Source: an uncultured Acidobacteriota bacterium
Lineage (GTDB): Bacteria > Acidobacteriota > Blastocatellia > RBC074
Length of the DNA: 64,000 bases
NCBI GenBank assembly: GCA_963796275.1
Contig: CAWCKY010000001.1
Span: 992,001-1,056,000 of the forward strand
Reading direction: 5' to 3'
Under the pieces are notes generated by a model that saw only the letters and a program-made list of their open reading frames with translations, did not search any database and was not told the DNA's origin. Both the position numbers and the translations under genes were made by a program. Positions 10,397-20,956 of the stretch are shown in pieces (the first letter of the stretch is position 1; the number at the start of each line of letters is the position of its first letter).

Positions 10397-11601
10397 ATGG
10401 CTCTTCTTTCAATCTGGTCGTCTAATCCAGACGCTGTATTTTCATTATCAATTGAGCAAATTGTCGCGACAGCAGGTGATGGAAAGTTGCGCGATGACAA
10501 CGAATGTTCAGCTGAACTACAAACATTTTTAACGCAGGTGCCAAGTGAGAAGCTAGCAGAGTTTGCTGATTATTGTCTTAGTACAGGATTTAGCAAAAGC
10601 GGCTTGGTGTTACAAGATATCGTGAATGAGATTGGCAGAAGGCTTGATTATTACGTTATCAACGGTCGCTACCAAGGTACGGCTAATGCCATTGGTAATG
10701 ACGGTCTTTGGAGAAGCCCAGAGAATCACGATATACTTGTCGAAATCAAAACGACAGATGCATTTCGTATACCGCTAAACACGATCGCAACTTATAGAGA
10801 TAAGCTTCGGGGTGAGGGTAAGATAAACTGCTTAAACTCTATGCTACTTGTTGTTGGCCGTGAAGACACCGGAGAGATGGAGGCTCAGGTACGCGGCTCG
10901 CGACATGCTTGGGATATGCGATTGATAAGCGTTGATTCCCTTGTGCATCTCATAAGCTTAAAGAGAGTCGGAAGAAGCTGCTACCGGCTCTAAAATTAGA
11001 AGTGTATTGGTGCCCATGGAGTATACTCGTCTAGATGCTCTCATCGATGTTATGTTTACTACTGCAAAAGATGTTGAGAGCTCTGTAGACTCTGAAAAAC
11101 CCTCTGTTGATGAAGATAATGATGATAACGAAGATAGGCCGAGCTGGGAATTTACTGACCCGGCTTTAATGGCGGAAAAGCGTGACCGGATTATAAGTGC
11201 TTTTGCCCAACAGCATAAAGTAAAATTTTATTCGGAAAAGTCGCACTTTGTATTGGAATGCAGATCATAGCTTTAAAATAGTTTATCGGTGTCGAAACGT
11301 TACACGCGTAAGTGGAGAGCGCCCTTATTAATATGCATATCATCCTCAATCGAATGAATTCTTGACGGAGGCTGAAGATGGGTTTTTTATCCTAGGGTGT
11401 ATGGATTTAAGTATTGCGTTTGCATATACCAGTTCATATGATCAGGCACACCTCAGTGCGCTCAACACCACAAATAGGCGAGATGGGGCATTATACTTGG
11501 CATATAAAAATCCTAGAGTTCCAATCAGAGGTATACTCTTTGCATATGCAAAATCTGGAAGCCATGTTGGCATTATTATTCCATATAATTTTAAGTTTTG
11601 A
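10397..11601 (+). pseudogene. Cassette: PD-(D/E)xK restriction-endonuclease-like protein, multiply frameshifted
   Basis: LQDIVNE...GNDGLW...ILVEIKTT motif; ORFs 10379-10993, 11007-11270 and 11362-11601 read as consecutive pieces. Confidence 0.6.
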
Positions 11602-11627
11602 TCTTAAAATAAAATTCAATAAATGCA

Positions 11628-11737
11628 GCCTGACGATGTTGCACGAGCCGCTGCAACTATATACGTTCCACCGAAGCCCTTGAGTAGCCTGGGGGCCTAT
11701 AGCGAGGGCCGCGGCCCGGTAAACGCAGAACTTTCGC
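11628..11737 (+). other. Degenerate attC site
   Basis: GCCTGAC..TGTTGCACGAGCCGC ... GCGGCCCGGTAAAC matches arms of neighbouring attCs; R' core eroded. Confidence 0.5.
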
Positions 11738-11749
11738 TGGCCCACTTAT

Positions 11750-12245
11750 TAGGGAACACGACCCTCGATGTGAATATCTCGACGATGAGAAGGTGCTCGC
11801 TGATGTTGCTGATTATGGATGGCACGTCGTAAAGATATACTAGACTAATGAAACGCCGGGCTGGAGCTTCTCAATCGGGCTCTATCAAAATTTCAACCAT
11901 CCTGAAGTGATCGTATTCGGTCAAACAATGAATTGATGCATTCTATCATCAACAGCATCGGTGAAGATGTGCGTGCGGGAAAGAACTTCAAATTGATGAA
12001 AAATATACAGATATAATGATAAACTGTATTCTTGGCACATTCAAACAGGTGAATACTGTTTGGTACTACCATTTTCTAGGTTACGCGAAATTGGTTCTAT
12101 GAGAGTGAGGAGTATCCGGTACTTCAAGAGCATCTGGCCTGATCGGAATAGTTCGGCATCCCTGGGAGCCTGAATTCGATCCGAATTGGCTAGGCGCAAC
12201 CGTTGTTATTCTAACGATACCAGCGAAGTCGGCTCGCACAGCTGA
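11750..12245 (+). pseudogene. Cassette: DUF4262-like protein, frameshifted
   Basis: Pieces translate to DEKVLADVADYGWHVV, PGWSFSIGLYQNFNHPEVIVFG, WPDR..HPWEPEFDP. Confidence 0.65.
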
Positions 12246-12288
12246 ATTATTGAAGTCAATGGAGGGTGAGTTTTCTCGATCCCCGGCC

Positions 12289-12378
12289 AGCGAACAATAG
12301 TTGCACCGGAGCCGAGGACCGGCGTTTTCTTGAAAGCCGAGGCTACGGCGGCGACCCGTTTACACACAGCCGTTAGTT
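12289..12378 (+). other. attC site
   Basis: AGCGAAC-AATAGTTGCACCGGAGCCG ... CCGTTTACACACAGCC-GTTAGTT, 90 bp; next ATG at 12382. Confidence 0.8.
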
Positions 12379-12381
12379 GAC

Positions 12382-12930
12382 ATGAACTCCATACCACACC
12401 CGGGTAAATCGATGATCTTCAAGTGCACAAATAAGGTCAGGGAGATTTTGCAGATAGCCAATCGTGATCTGAATACTATTCCTGAACAATCTCCAGACAT
12501 CATCAAGTTCTGGTACTGCAATTTATTCTATTTGGATCGACACAAATGTTTGCTATTTACCCAAGCAAAAACACTCTTTAGTTTTTTGGTGCCGAAGGTT
12601 GGGAATGCCGAAATACGTGACTTTGGTAGATTGTTTCGATCCAATGCATATATTGCATTGGCGTCCGAAGGAGTATCGGCGCAAAATATTCAGAAGCTGA
12701 TTGATAATGGGCCTGACCTATATGCGAAATCAGATAATCGCTCAGTCCTGGGGTCAATGAATGATCATATACGAACCTGCAAGTTTTATCTGCAATATCA
12801 AGGCGGCTATAGCAACTTGAACTTTGCGGAATTGGGTCGGAAGCTAAACATATCACCAATGAAATATATCGAAATGGAAAGCGCAAGTAGATATCTTTTG
12901 GGTCTATTGAAAATCCAGCAACTTCGGTAA
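12382..12930 (+). CDS. Cassette: DUF6933-like hypothetical protein
   Basis: MIFKCTNK, WYCNLFYLDRHKCLLF, DNRSVLGSMND motifs. Confidence 0.7.
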   Translation: MNSIPHPGKSMIFKCTNKVREILQIANRDLNTIPEQSPDIIKFWYCNLFYLDRHKCLLFTQAKTLFSFLVPKVGNAEIRDFGRLFRSNAYIALASEGVSAQNIQKLIDNGPDLYAKSDNRSVLGSMNDHIRTCKFYLQYQGGYSNLNFAELGRKLNISPMKYIEMESASRYLLGLLKIQQLR

Positions 12931-12948
12931 TATTTGAGTGCAAAGGCT

Positions 12949-13036
12949 GCCTAACAAATTTCGAACCGGACCCGCCGAACCAGGGTTTTATTGAAGCCAA
13001 GGCCGCCTGCGCGCCCGGTGAATTCTGCAGTTATCC
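12949..13036 (+). other. attC site
   Basis: GCCTAAC-AAATTTCGAACCGG ... CCGGTGAATTCTGCA-GTTATCC, 88 bp. Confidence 0.85.
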
Positions 13037-13060
13037 TTTCATGGTAATAAAGTTATCGTT

Positions 13061-13783
13061 ATGGAAAATGAAATGATTGTTTGCGTTCCCGGTACCTGGG
13101 AAGATCGCACGAAGTTTATCGAAGCGGTCGTTACTTCAACGCACGGTGATTTTATGTTTGCCGGAATGTTTCTTGCCCATCCGAAGGGTAACGACCACGT
13201 TGAACTAGAATTCTATGACCCAGACGAGCAGATGGCAGAAGCCTTTGAATATGGCGGTCAGGGGAAATTGTCGGACGCAACGCTAGACCAAATCGCGCAG
13301 CACCGAAGCGTTATTTATCTGCATTTTCCTTTTGACATCATTTCACAGAAAGTGCGGCTTCTGAAATTTACTGAGGTGCTTTCCAAATGCGGTGGTATTG
13401 CCATTAAACTTGAGACCTCCAGCATTGCCCACGAATGGGAACGCTGGGTTGAATTGCTTCGGTCCGATAATCCTTTTGACACTTATTGTGCAAGTGTCGT
13501 TTTAGTTGGTGACGAGAGGTTTTACTACTCCTGTGGAATGCACAACTTCAGTTTGCCGGACGCTCAAGTCTCGAACAGTTTTGACGTGGAGGAAGCGGCA
13601 GATTTGATAAATGGCTTCAATAATTGGCAAATTGTTGAAAAGCCTATTTTGAAATCGGGGCATACGTTCAGCTTAACAGCAGATAGTCCACACTTTCGCC
13701 TTGAGTTGTTGAAGGATAAGCGGCATTCAGAGGATGATTTATTTTATAACCCGAACGGAGTGTGGGAGCTACGGCGCGACTAA
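13061..13783 (+). CDS. Cassette: DUF4261-like protein
   Basis: SCGMHNFSLPD, LKSGHTFS, FYNPNGVW; stop codon overlaps the attC R'' core. Confidence 0.7.
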   Translation: MENEMIVCVPGTWEDRTKFIEAVVTSTHGDFMFAGMFLAHPKGNDHVELEFYDPDEQMAEAFEYGGQGKLSDATLDQIAQHRSVIYLHFPFDIISQKVRLLKFTEVLSKCGGIAIKLETSSIAHEWERWVELLRSDNPFDTYCASVVLVGDERFYYSCGMHNFSLPDAQVSNSFDVEEAADLINGFNNWQIVEKPILKSGHTFSLTADSPHFRLELLKDKRHSEDDLFYNPNGVWELRRD

Positions 13784-13832
13784 CAAGTTGAGCGCAGGGG
13801 GTAGCGTGCCTGTCATAACACTGACGTTAGTT
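13778..13832 (+). other. Short attC-like site
   Basis: GACTAAC ... GTTAGTT, 55 bp; TAA of the upstream ORF lies in R''. Confidence 0.6.
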
Positions 13833-14172
13833 CAACCCGAGGGACGTGTGCATTGCCGCGCCTGCTCAATTCCAGCGTTACACGCCCGGGGCAGACAGAT
13901 GCCCAGTGTCGAAGTCGCCCTCTGAACCGGAACTGCGCAAGTTTGGCATCCACGAATCATCGTGGTTCGGGATGTCATCCCACCTGCGATTCTTGAGACG
14001 GCGTCGAGGTCGATCGAGCGTCTTGTTGACGAGCAGCCACATCCGGAAGGTCACGTGGGGCCCTACTTCTATTGGCTTCGTCCTCAGATGGTGGTCCGCT
14101 GCCTACGCGGTGAACCCCGACCTTAGGCGCATTCAACGCCACGATCGCTGGAACGGGCTTGCATGAAATCTT

Positions 14173-14757
14173 ATGAAATTTAGAACTTTAATAAATGGGT
14201 TTGGAGCGGTGAAAGAAGAGCGACAGGCGAAATCACTAGCGTGTGAATGTGATGCTGAGGAAGGGGAATTACATAAATTTGGGTGCCGTTGGGAATACTG
14301 TCCATTCTGTGAAAAACAATTCGTTGAAGGCTGCGAATGCTCTTATGACCTGCTTAGGTTGAAAAGCCGAATGCATTCTCCGCAGTTTGATCGCTTACCT
14401 CGGGATGTTTATGAGAAGGGGCTTTCGCCAGATTGTGAAGACCGGTGGTTCAAATTGTGCGAGTCAAAAGGTCGCATCCCATACATTTACTCTCCCCAGC
14501 TTTGTGCTCGCTGTGGAGTTCAGTGGCCAAAGTTTTTCATGGTCCAAGACCAGGTTTGGGAATATTACACGGGTCCTGAATTACGTGACAAACTTTTATG
14601 TGAAGAATGTTTCAGGGAGATAAGAACCTCAGTTGATAGGCATAACCTCCGTCCCGCCTGGCTGCCGGGCATTATAGAAGTTGAGGAATACATGAAGGCG
14701 TGGCGCGAAGGAGACATGGCGAAGTTGATGGAGTTCGAGCCAGAAAAGTTTAAATAG
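14173..14757 (+). CDS. Cassette: Cys-rich putative zinc-binding protein
   Basis: CEC..H..GC...CPFC..GCEC and CARC...CEEC; preceded by an attC-like right arm GCGGTGAACCCCGACCTTAGGC at ~14107-14128. Confidence 0.7.
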   Translation: MKFRTLINGFGAVKEERQAKSLACECDAEEGELHKFGCRWEYCPFCEKQFVEGCECSYDLLRLKSRMHSPQFDRLPRDVYEKGLSPDCEDRWFKLCESKGRIPYIYSPQLCARCGVQWPKFFMVQDQVWEYYTGPELRDKLLCEECFREIRTSVDRHNLRPAWLPGIIEVEEYMKAWREGDMAKLMEFEPEKFK

Positions 14758-14856
14758 TTTTTAGCGACACCCGCACCCCAAAGGGAAGATTTGTCTAGTT
14801 GCCTCTTGATCAACCTATGGAAGGCGGCGGCCGAAATATAGGTTCTTGGTGTTCAC

Positions 14857-14943
14857 ATCTAACAATGTTGTACCGGAGCCGCCGAACAGGGATTTTCTTA
14901 GAAGCGAGGTGTGACAGCGGCTCGGTGAACACGGCCGTTAAGC
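14857..14943 (+). other. attC site
   Basis: ATCTAAC-AATGTTGTACCGGAGCCGC ... GCGGCTCGGTGAACACGGCC-GTTAAGC, 87 bp. Confidence 0.9.
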
Positions 14944-15025
14944 CTTGTGTATGACCTTCGCCGAGCGAGCGATAATATTTCTGTTTGACCGTCACGAACA
15001 TTGTATCAATGCACAACTGCCCGCT

Positions 15026-15467
15026 ATGACACTTGATTATGACAAGATGATCGTTCTCGATGCCGAATGATCTGGCTGAGATTGGGATCGGGAATGCGTA
15101 CGAACAACTCCTGCCTAAGTTAAAGGAGTACGTTGCCGATCCGATTCGAGTAGAGGAGATTATTGACTCTGACCTACCTCGCTACGCCATCCGCGCCGGC
15201 GGCAATGAGTACGTTATTTATTCTCCAGATATGTTGACCGACGAGTACGAGAGTTGGGTTATCGCTACGTGCGTGTTCTTCAAGATCGTTAACGACCAGC
15301 TTGCTAACTCTAACGTCAGGTTTTACGCAATCAATGGTGGTAACGATCTGTGCGGAATGTTTCTCACGACTGAGCAGGCAGAGGCATCAAGGGCGACACT
15401 GCCTCGCCCTTTCGACTGGCCGTATCTGCCCGAGCTAATGAGTCCTTGGTATGGCCAACATCACTAG
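15026..15467 (+). CDS. Cassette: hypothetical protein (probable true start 15026 with 1-nt frameshift at ~15068)
   Basis: MTLDYDKMIVLDAE joins DLAEIGIGNAYEQ if one T is removed; CACTAAC (R''-like) follows at 15483. Confidence 0.6.
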
Positions 15468-15539
15468 ACGGCTGCTACTTCTCACTAACCCTTGGATTGC
15501 CGAGGGACAGAGAAAGTAAAACGAAAGGAAAAGCGAATT

Positions 15540-15926
15540 ATGAAGATTTCGAAAGCAGCGGTTCCCGAGAAAATAAATGTTCCAGGTGCAATTGCACGTC
15601 AGGAGTTGAATTTCGGTGACGCTACAGGGTACGGGAAAATTGCTGGAGAATATTTTTCCCTCAAAGCTGGAACCGATATAGCACCATTATTAAGAGGGCT
15701 AGAGGATGACCTCTGTCAGTCTCCTCATTGGGGCTATATGATGGAAGGTGAGGTGACGATCACCTATGCTGACGGACATGAAGAAACCATCTCTGCCAAC
15801 GATCTTTTCTATTGGCCTCCAGGGCACACAGTTAAAGTCGGAAGCGACGCCGAAATCATTCTTTTCAGCCCTCAAGAGGAGCATTGCAAGGTCGTTGATC
15901 ATCTGCACAAACAACTTGTCGGTTGA
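15540..15926 (+). CDS. Cupin-domain protein
   Basis: CQSPHWGYMMEG...FYWPPGH cupin motifs; AAGGAA RBS. Confidence 0.85.
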   Translation: MKISKAAVPEKINVPGAIARQELNFGDATGYGKIAGEYFSLKAGTDIAPLLRGLEDDLCQSPHWGYMMEGEVTITYADGHEETISANDLFYWPPGHTVKVGSDAEIILFSPQEEHCKVVDHLHKQLVG

Positions 15927-16051
15927 ATGCGAAAAAGATTTCCTTCTACCGAAAAAGCTGCCATAGGTTGCACAAAGCGACCTATTCGGGCAGATCGGTG
16001 ACCTTGGTACGGTTCTGGCCCCGGCGCCTTCAATCGCAGCGATCTTCATAC

Positions 16052-17599
16052 TCACTGCCAGAAGTTACGGTCCAGCGTGCGATACTGCACCGCCTCCGAA
16101 ATATGCCGCTCGTCGATCTCTGCCGCGCCTTCCAAATCCGCGATCGTCCGGCTGACCTTCAGTATCCTATCGTATGCCCTCGCCGACAGGCCATACTTTT
16201 TGATCGCGCGTTCCAGCAGGCTCTGCGGGCCGGGAGCGAGGTGGCAGTATTTGCGGATCATTCGCGGCGTCATCTGAGCGTTGCAGAAAACATGTTCCCC
16301 CGCAAAAGTTTGCTGCTGAATTTTCCTCGCCCGGCTGATTCGCTCGCGGATTTCGGCCGAGCCCTCCAATGCCTCATGCGATGACAACTCGGTAACCTTA
16401 ACTGCGGGCACGTCGATGTGAATGTCTATGCGGTCGAGCAGCGGACCTGAAATCTTCGAGATGTACCGCTGAATCTGCGGCGGCGTGCATTTGCAGTCAC
16501 GCGTCGAATCATTGAAATAGCCGCACGGGCACGGGTTCATAGCCGCAACCAGCATGAAGCTGGCCGGAAAGGTCAACGACATTGAGGCGCGGCTGATGGT
16601 CACTCTCTGATCTTCGAGCGGCTGCCTCAGAACTTCCAGGACATTGCGCTCGAATTCAGGAAGTTCGTCGAGGAAGAGAAGACCGTTATGGGCGAGGCTC
16701 ACTTCGCCGGGTCGCGGAATCGACCCGCCGCCGATCAATCCGGCATCGCTGATTGTGTGATGAGGTGAGCGGAATGGGCGTATCGTGAGCAGCCCGCGCG
16801 AGTCGGTGAAGCCCGCGACGCTGTGGATCTTCGTCATCTCCAATGCCTCTTCGAAGGTCATCGGTGGCAGGATTGATGGAATACGTTGGGCGAGCATCGT
16901 CTTGCCAGATCCCGGCGGTCCGATCATAAGCAGGTTATGGGAGCCGGCCGTAGCGACCTCGATCGCTCGCTTGGCGCTCATCTGCCCGCGCACTTCGCGG
17001 AAATCGACCGGATGTTGATCGGCGCGGCTGAACATCTCTTCAATATCGACACGCATCGGCCGAGGCATCGGATCTGCGTTCAGGAGTGCGATCACTTCAC
17101 GCAGGTCTCTGACCGGATAGACGTCGAGGCCGTTCACGACCGCAGCCTCGCTCGCATTTTCGACCGGCAATAAAAGTCGCTTGAGATTCTTGCCTCTGGC
17201 GGCGATGGCGATTGGCAAAGCGCCTCGCACCGGCCTAACTCTTCCATCGAGCGCCAACTCGCCGATTATCAGCGAGTCATCCAGTCTCTCGCGTTTCAGT
17301 TCTCCGCTTGCTCCGAGTATGCCCACCGCGATCGGCAGGTCGAATGCAGACCCTTCCTTCTTCACATCAGCCGGCGCCAGATTGACGATGGTTTTATAGA
17401 CAGGGAAGATGAGCCCGCTGTTGGTGACGGCTGAACGAATACGCTCACGGCTTTCGCGTACGGCCATATCCGGCAAGCCGACCACTGTCACCATTGGTTC
17501 CTGTTGCGGATCGCCAGTGCGTGGCGCCAGGTGCACTTCGATCTCAACTAGTTCTGCATCGATGCCATAGACGGCGGCGCTGAGGGTTTTATAGAGCAC
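16052..17599 (-). CDS. comM: YifB/ComM Mg-chelatase-like AAA+ ATPase
   Basis: [44 protein letters not shown]; GGAGG RBS before GTG at 17599. Confidence 0.97.
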   Translation of the reverse strand: MLYKTLSAAVYGIDAELVEIEVHLAPRTGDPQQEPMVTVVGLPDMAVRESRERIRSAVTNSGLIFPVYKTIVNLAPADVKKEGSAFDLPIAVGILGASGELKRERLDDSLIIGELALDGRVRPVRGALPIAIAARGKNLKRLLLPVENASEAAVVNGLDVYPVRDLREVIALLNADPMPRPMRVDIEEMFSRADQHPVDFREVRGQMSAKRAIEVATAGSHNLLMIGPPGSGKTMLAQRIPSILPPMTFEEALEMTKIHSVAGFTDSRGLLTIRPFRSPHHTISDAGLIGGGSIPRPGEVSLAHNGLLFLDELPEFERNVLEVLRQPLEDQRVTISRASMSLTFPASFMLVAAMNPCPCGYFNDSTRDCKCTPPQIQRYISKISGPLLDRIDIHIDVPAVKVTELSSHEALEGSAEIRERISRARKIQQQTFAGEHVFCNAQMTPRMIRKYCHLAPGPQSLLERAIKKYGLSARAYDRILKVSRTIADLEGAAEIDERHISEAVQYRTLDRNFWQ

Positions 17600-17978
17600 A
17601 GGTGGTCCTCCAAGTAAGAAGAAATCAAAACGAGATTTTTCACCCGGCTGAGCCGACTGACGATCACGATCAGCTGAATCCTGGCTAAATCTCGCGCCAA
17701 AAGGACGCTCAAGCCGCTTCGGCGCCCTTGATATGGTTCCCGAGATCATTGGCCAATGGGCCTTCGGGAAAGCCCGATGAATCGGCGGGAACAGAAAATC
17801 AGACGGTAAAAATCAGATGGCGGCTATCAAGGCGTAGGGGTGGTAAGTTATCGGTAATTCTGGGCTGTTTGGAAGAACAAAGACGCAACCCAGGCTAAGT
17901 AAAAAGAGGGCGGCTCTCAACCTGACTTGCGTCTCTTGGTAATTACTGCAGCAAACTGTAGCACGCTGCTCTAGGATT

Positions 17979-19754
17979 CTAGCGTCCGGAATGGAGCGGA
18001 ACCTTGATCACTTGGCCCGATCGCAACTTGGCTGACGTGCTCAGCTTATTGAGCGTCGCTATCTCACGAGCGGAAGTGTTGTACCGTCCGGCAATGTCCC
18101 CCAGAGTCTCGCCCGATTTGACCTTGTATGTGATCATCTTGAGCGAGTTGCGTCCTGTTGAATTTTTTGAGTTCCTTGACGATGAATAAACGACGTTTTT
18201 CACGTTGCTGCTGACCGGGATGATTACTTTCTGTCCGGGCCGGAGCACGCCGCCGTTTACCTGTTCAATCGTCGTAGCAGAAACCCCGGTTTTACGGCCG
18301 ATAGACTCAAACGTATCCTCATCCAGAGCCGTCAGCATACGCCAGGTCGAACGTTTCTCGACCGGAATACGCATCAAAGCGGTCTGCAATAAGCGGCCTT
18401 TACCGGTTGGCATGCGCAGAAGATATTCGACTCCAGGAGGAGTCACGTTCCGCTTCAGTTCAGGATTAAGCGCCAGCAGAACCTCATATGGCGTATCAGT
18501 CGCATCGGACGCGAGGCGCAGGTCGACCATATTGTTGACCTTCACATAATCGTAGGTCAGCGAAGGTTCGGGAGTGACGGAGAATCCGTACTTTTCTGGA
18601 TTCTTGGCGATGATGATAGTCGCCAATATGTTGGGCACGTAATTCCGCGTCTCATTAGGCAGCATCCCGCGGCTGTAGATATGCCAGAAATCGGCGTATC
18701 CGGAACGCGCAACCGCTGAGTCGACGCGTCCTTCACCTGAATTATAAGCAGCCATGGCCAATTCCCAATTGCCATCATATCGGGCCGCAAGCCATTTCAG
18801 ATAACGGGCTGAAGCGCGTGTGGCTTTCTCGAAGCTGGAACGTTCATCGACGTAGAAGTCCTGCCGCAAGCCGAAACGCGCACCCGTATCGGGAATGAAT
18901 TGCCATAATCCGACTGCGGCCGCCCACGAACGGGCAACCGGCGACCAGGCGCTTTCAACCTGACCGAGCCATGCGATGTCCTGCGGGACACCCTCTTCCC
19001 TGAATATCTTGCGCGCCATCGCCATAAAACGGCCCGAGCGGCGTAATCCCTGTTCCATGGTCGTGCGGCCGCGCCCCGTATAATAATTGATGAAGCCTTG
19101 AATCAGGGCATTCGGCTTGAATGTGAAATCCAGGCCCGCCGCCGCTACCGCTGATTTCGCCTGTTCTTCTGTGGCGCTCTTCGTCTCATCGTCGGTCAGT
19201 TTTAGTTTCGTCAGCTCATCGAGCGGCGATGGCGAGTAAACTTGCTGCCCGAACCCGCGATCCGTACCGGATTTATCCGGCTGGGGCTGGGCGCCATTCT
19301 GTTGCGGGTTATCCTGGTCGTTTCCGGTATTGGCGGCAAGGCGCACCGCATTAGCCGGAGAAGTTGAGAGCAGGGTTATCTGGCGCTGGAAAATTTGATC
19401 GACGAGGTTCTGGTAATAACGCATCAGGCGCGTGTCACTGCGTACGTCAAGGCCGGATTCGAGGACGATATCCAGAGCGCGGTCATATTCACGGCGCGCT
19501 CTATCAATATTTTTCTCTTTGAAATTGACCTCGGCCGATTGGAAGTAGCTGTTCGAACGTTCGATTACTCTTTGAATTTCCTGGTTGCGTATCGCTACAT
19601 CCGCAGGGACATCGTTTCCATTCGAGGAAACACCGCGACCCTGCGCTGATGCGGTAGGACTCAGACTGGCCATCAGGGATAGGGCACAAAGACAGGCGGC
19701 TAAGAGAGGTGCACAGTTAACGTGTGCCACCGTCCCAGTTTGTCGCTGTTCCAT
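17979..19754 (-). CDS. MltD-like lytic murein transglycosylase with LysM domains
   Basis: VESAW..AAAVGLWQF, AAYNSGEG, ETRNYVP; C-terminal YKVKSGETLGDIA LysM. Confidence 0.93.
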   Translation of the reverse strand: MEQRQTGTVAHVNCAPLLAACLCALSLMASLSPTASAQGRGVSSNGNDVPADVAIRNQEIQRVIERSNSYFQSAEVNFKEKNIDRARREYDRALDIVLESGLDVRSDTRLMRYYQNLVDQIFQRQITLLSTSPANAVRLAANTGNDQDNPQQNGAQPQPDKSGTDRGFGQQVYSPSPLDELTKLKLTDDETKSATEEQAKSAVAAAGLDFTFKPNALIQGFINYYTGRGRTTMEQGLRRSGRFMAMARKIFREEGVPQDIAWLGQVESAWSPVARSWAAAVGLWQFIPDTGARFGLRQDFYVDERSSFEKATRASARYLKWLAARYDGNWELAMAAYNSGEGRVDSAVARSGYADFWHIYSRGMLPNETRNYVPNILATIIIAKNPEKYGFSVTPEPSLTYDYVKVNNMVDLRLASDATDTPYEVLLALNPELKRNVTPPGVEYLLRMPTGKGRLLQTALMRIPVEKRSTWRMLTALDEDTFESIGRKTGVSATTIEQVNGGVLRPGQKVIIPVSSNVKNVVYSSSRNSKNSTGRNSLKMITYKVKSGETLGDIAGRYNTSAREIATLNKLSTSAKLRSGQVIKVPLHSGR

Positions 19755-19908
19755 TAATTCTTATTCCTCCGACATTAGTTCATTCCCGGCAATAAATAAT
19801 TGAGGTTAGCGCGCCTTCCTTAGCCTGTGGGGCGGGGCTTAGTCCTTCATGGATCTGGCTGGTCACATGGAGTTTGTGACGCAATTGGAAACGCTAACAA
19901 CGGGTGAG

Positions 19909-19979
19909 ATTGTAACTTTTACACTTTAAGTATGTCAAACTCTTTAATGATTGACAGTCTCAGGTCAGTGTCGTATAAG
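19909..19979. promoter_or_regulatory. Divergent sigma70-type promoters
   Basis: Plus strand TTGACA(19951)-N17-TATAAG(19974); minus strand TTGACA(19938)-N18-TACAAT(19914). Confidence 0.7.
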
Positions 19980-19987
19980 CAGCGGGG

Positions 19988-20857
19988 ATGAAATCACCGC
20001 ACAAGTCACTTTTGCCCCAACTGCTGATCGTGGTCTGCCTGTGGTTTGCCCTGGCCCACCTTGCAGCAGCGCAACAACGGCCATTTCCTGATTATGTTGG
20101 TCACGTCAACGATTTTGCTGATATCGTGGACGCGCAGACTGAGCAGAAGCTGGAGACGATTCTTACGAATTTCGAGGGATTGACCGGCGCTCAGATCGCG
20201 GTCGTCACGGTCCAATCGCTAAATGATCGACCGATAGAAGAATATGCGAACGAGCTCTACCGCGCATGGGGTATTGGGGCCAAGGCCGGAGAGCACAAGG
20301 ACAAAGGCGCGTTGCTGCTGATATCCTTGCGTGACCGTAAGACGCGCCTGGAAGTGGGTTATGGGTTGGAAGGCGACCTTCCTGATGGGCTGGCCGGGGA
20401 AATAATCCGGAGAATGCGGCCATTTCTTCAGCAGCAGCAATACTCGCAGGGAATCAACGTCGGTGTCAGGACCCTGGTAGATACTCTGGCCGAGAAGTGG
20501 AATATCAATATAACCGGCATCGAGGATCGCGCTTATGCTTATAAATCCCCCGCAGGGGAAGGGCGGTCAAGTGTGCGCGGTTCACTCGCATTTCTAGGTC
20601 TCCTCCTCATCTTCGTCATTATTATATTTATTATTGCGCGCTCGCGCGGCAAACGAGGCGGCGGCACCGGTACGAGAGGGGGCGGCCGTGACCTATGGTG
20701 GACATATCCGATTATTTTCAATCGCGGCGGCGGTACATTCGGCGGCGGCTCCTGGGGCAGTAGCGGCGGCGGCTGGAGTAGCAGCGGAGGTGGCGGCGGC
20801 TGGGGCGGTTTCGGAGGCGGCAGCAGCGGCGGCGGCGGCGCCAGCGATAGCTGGTGA
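19988..20857 (+). CDS. TPM-domain (YgcG family) membrane protein
   Basis: [25 protein letters not shown] helix, Gly-rich tail GGGGASDSW. Confidence 0.93.
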   Translation: MKSPHKSLLPQLLIVVCLWFALAHLAAAQQRPFPDYVGHVNDFADIVDAQTEQKLETILTNFEGLTGAQIAVVTVQSLNDRPIEEYANELYRAWGIGAKAGEHKDKGALLLISLRDRKTRLEVGYGLEGDLPDGLAGEIIRRMRPFLQQQQYSQGINVGVRTLVDTLAEKWNINITGIEDRAYAYKSPAGEGRSSVRGSLAFLGLLLIFVIIIFIIARSRGKRGGGTGTRGGGRDLWWTYPIIFNRGGGTFGGGSWGSSGGGWSSSGGGGGWGGFGGGSSGGGGASDSW

Positions 20858-20941
20858 ATAGTTTTCAGTTCTTAGTTTTAAGTTTCAGTTTGATGATCTC
20901 GATCGGCAACTGAAAACTAAAACTGAAAACTGAAAACTATT
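20857..20941. repeat. Heptamer-repeat inverted hairpin (AGTTTTC / GAAAACT)
   Basis: AATAGTTTTCAGTT... vs ...AACTGAAAACTGAAAACTATT. Confidence 0.8.
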
Positions 20942-20956
20942 TTTGAGGTTTCTACA

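Larger units (their letters stand above)
8710..16531. mobile_element. Genomic island integrated in comM carrying an attC cassette array without integrase (CALIN)
   Basis: ~450 bp direct repeat of comM 3' end at both sides; visibly AT-richer co-oriented small ORFs separated by attC-like palindromes; no recombinase ORF seen. Confidence 0.8.

Noticed and set aside
13833-14170. Additional intact cassette gene
   Set aside because: Only short ORFs without motif or RBS; probably a decayed cassette, cannot be assigned
10267-14943. CRISPR array
   Set aside because: Repeats are ~90 bp, imperfect and separated by whole genes; no cas genes; they fit attC
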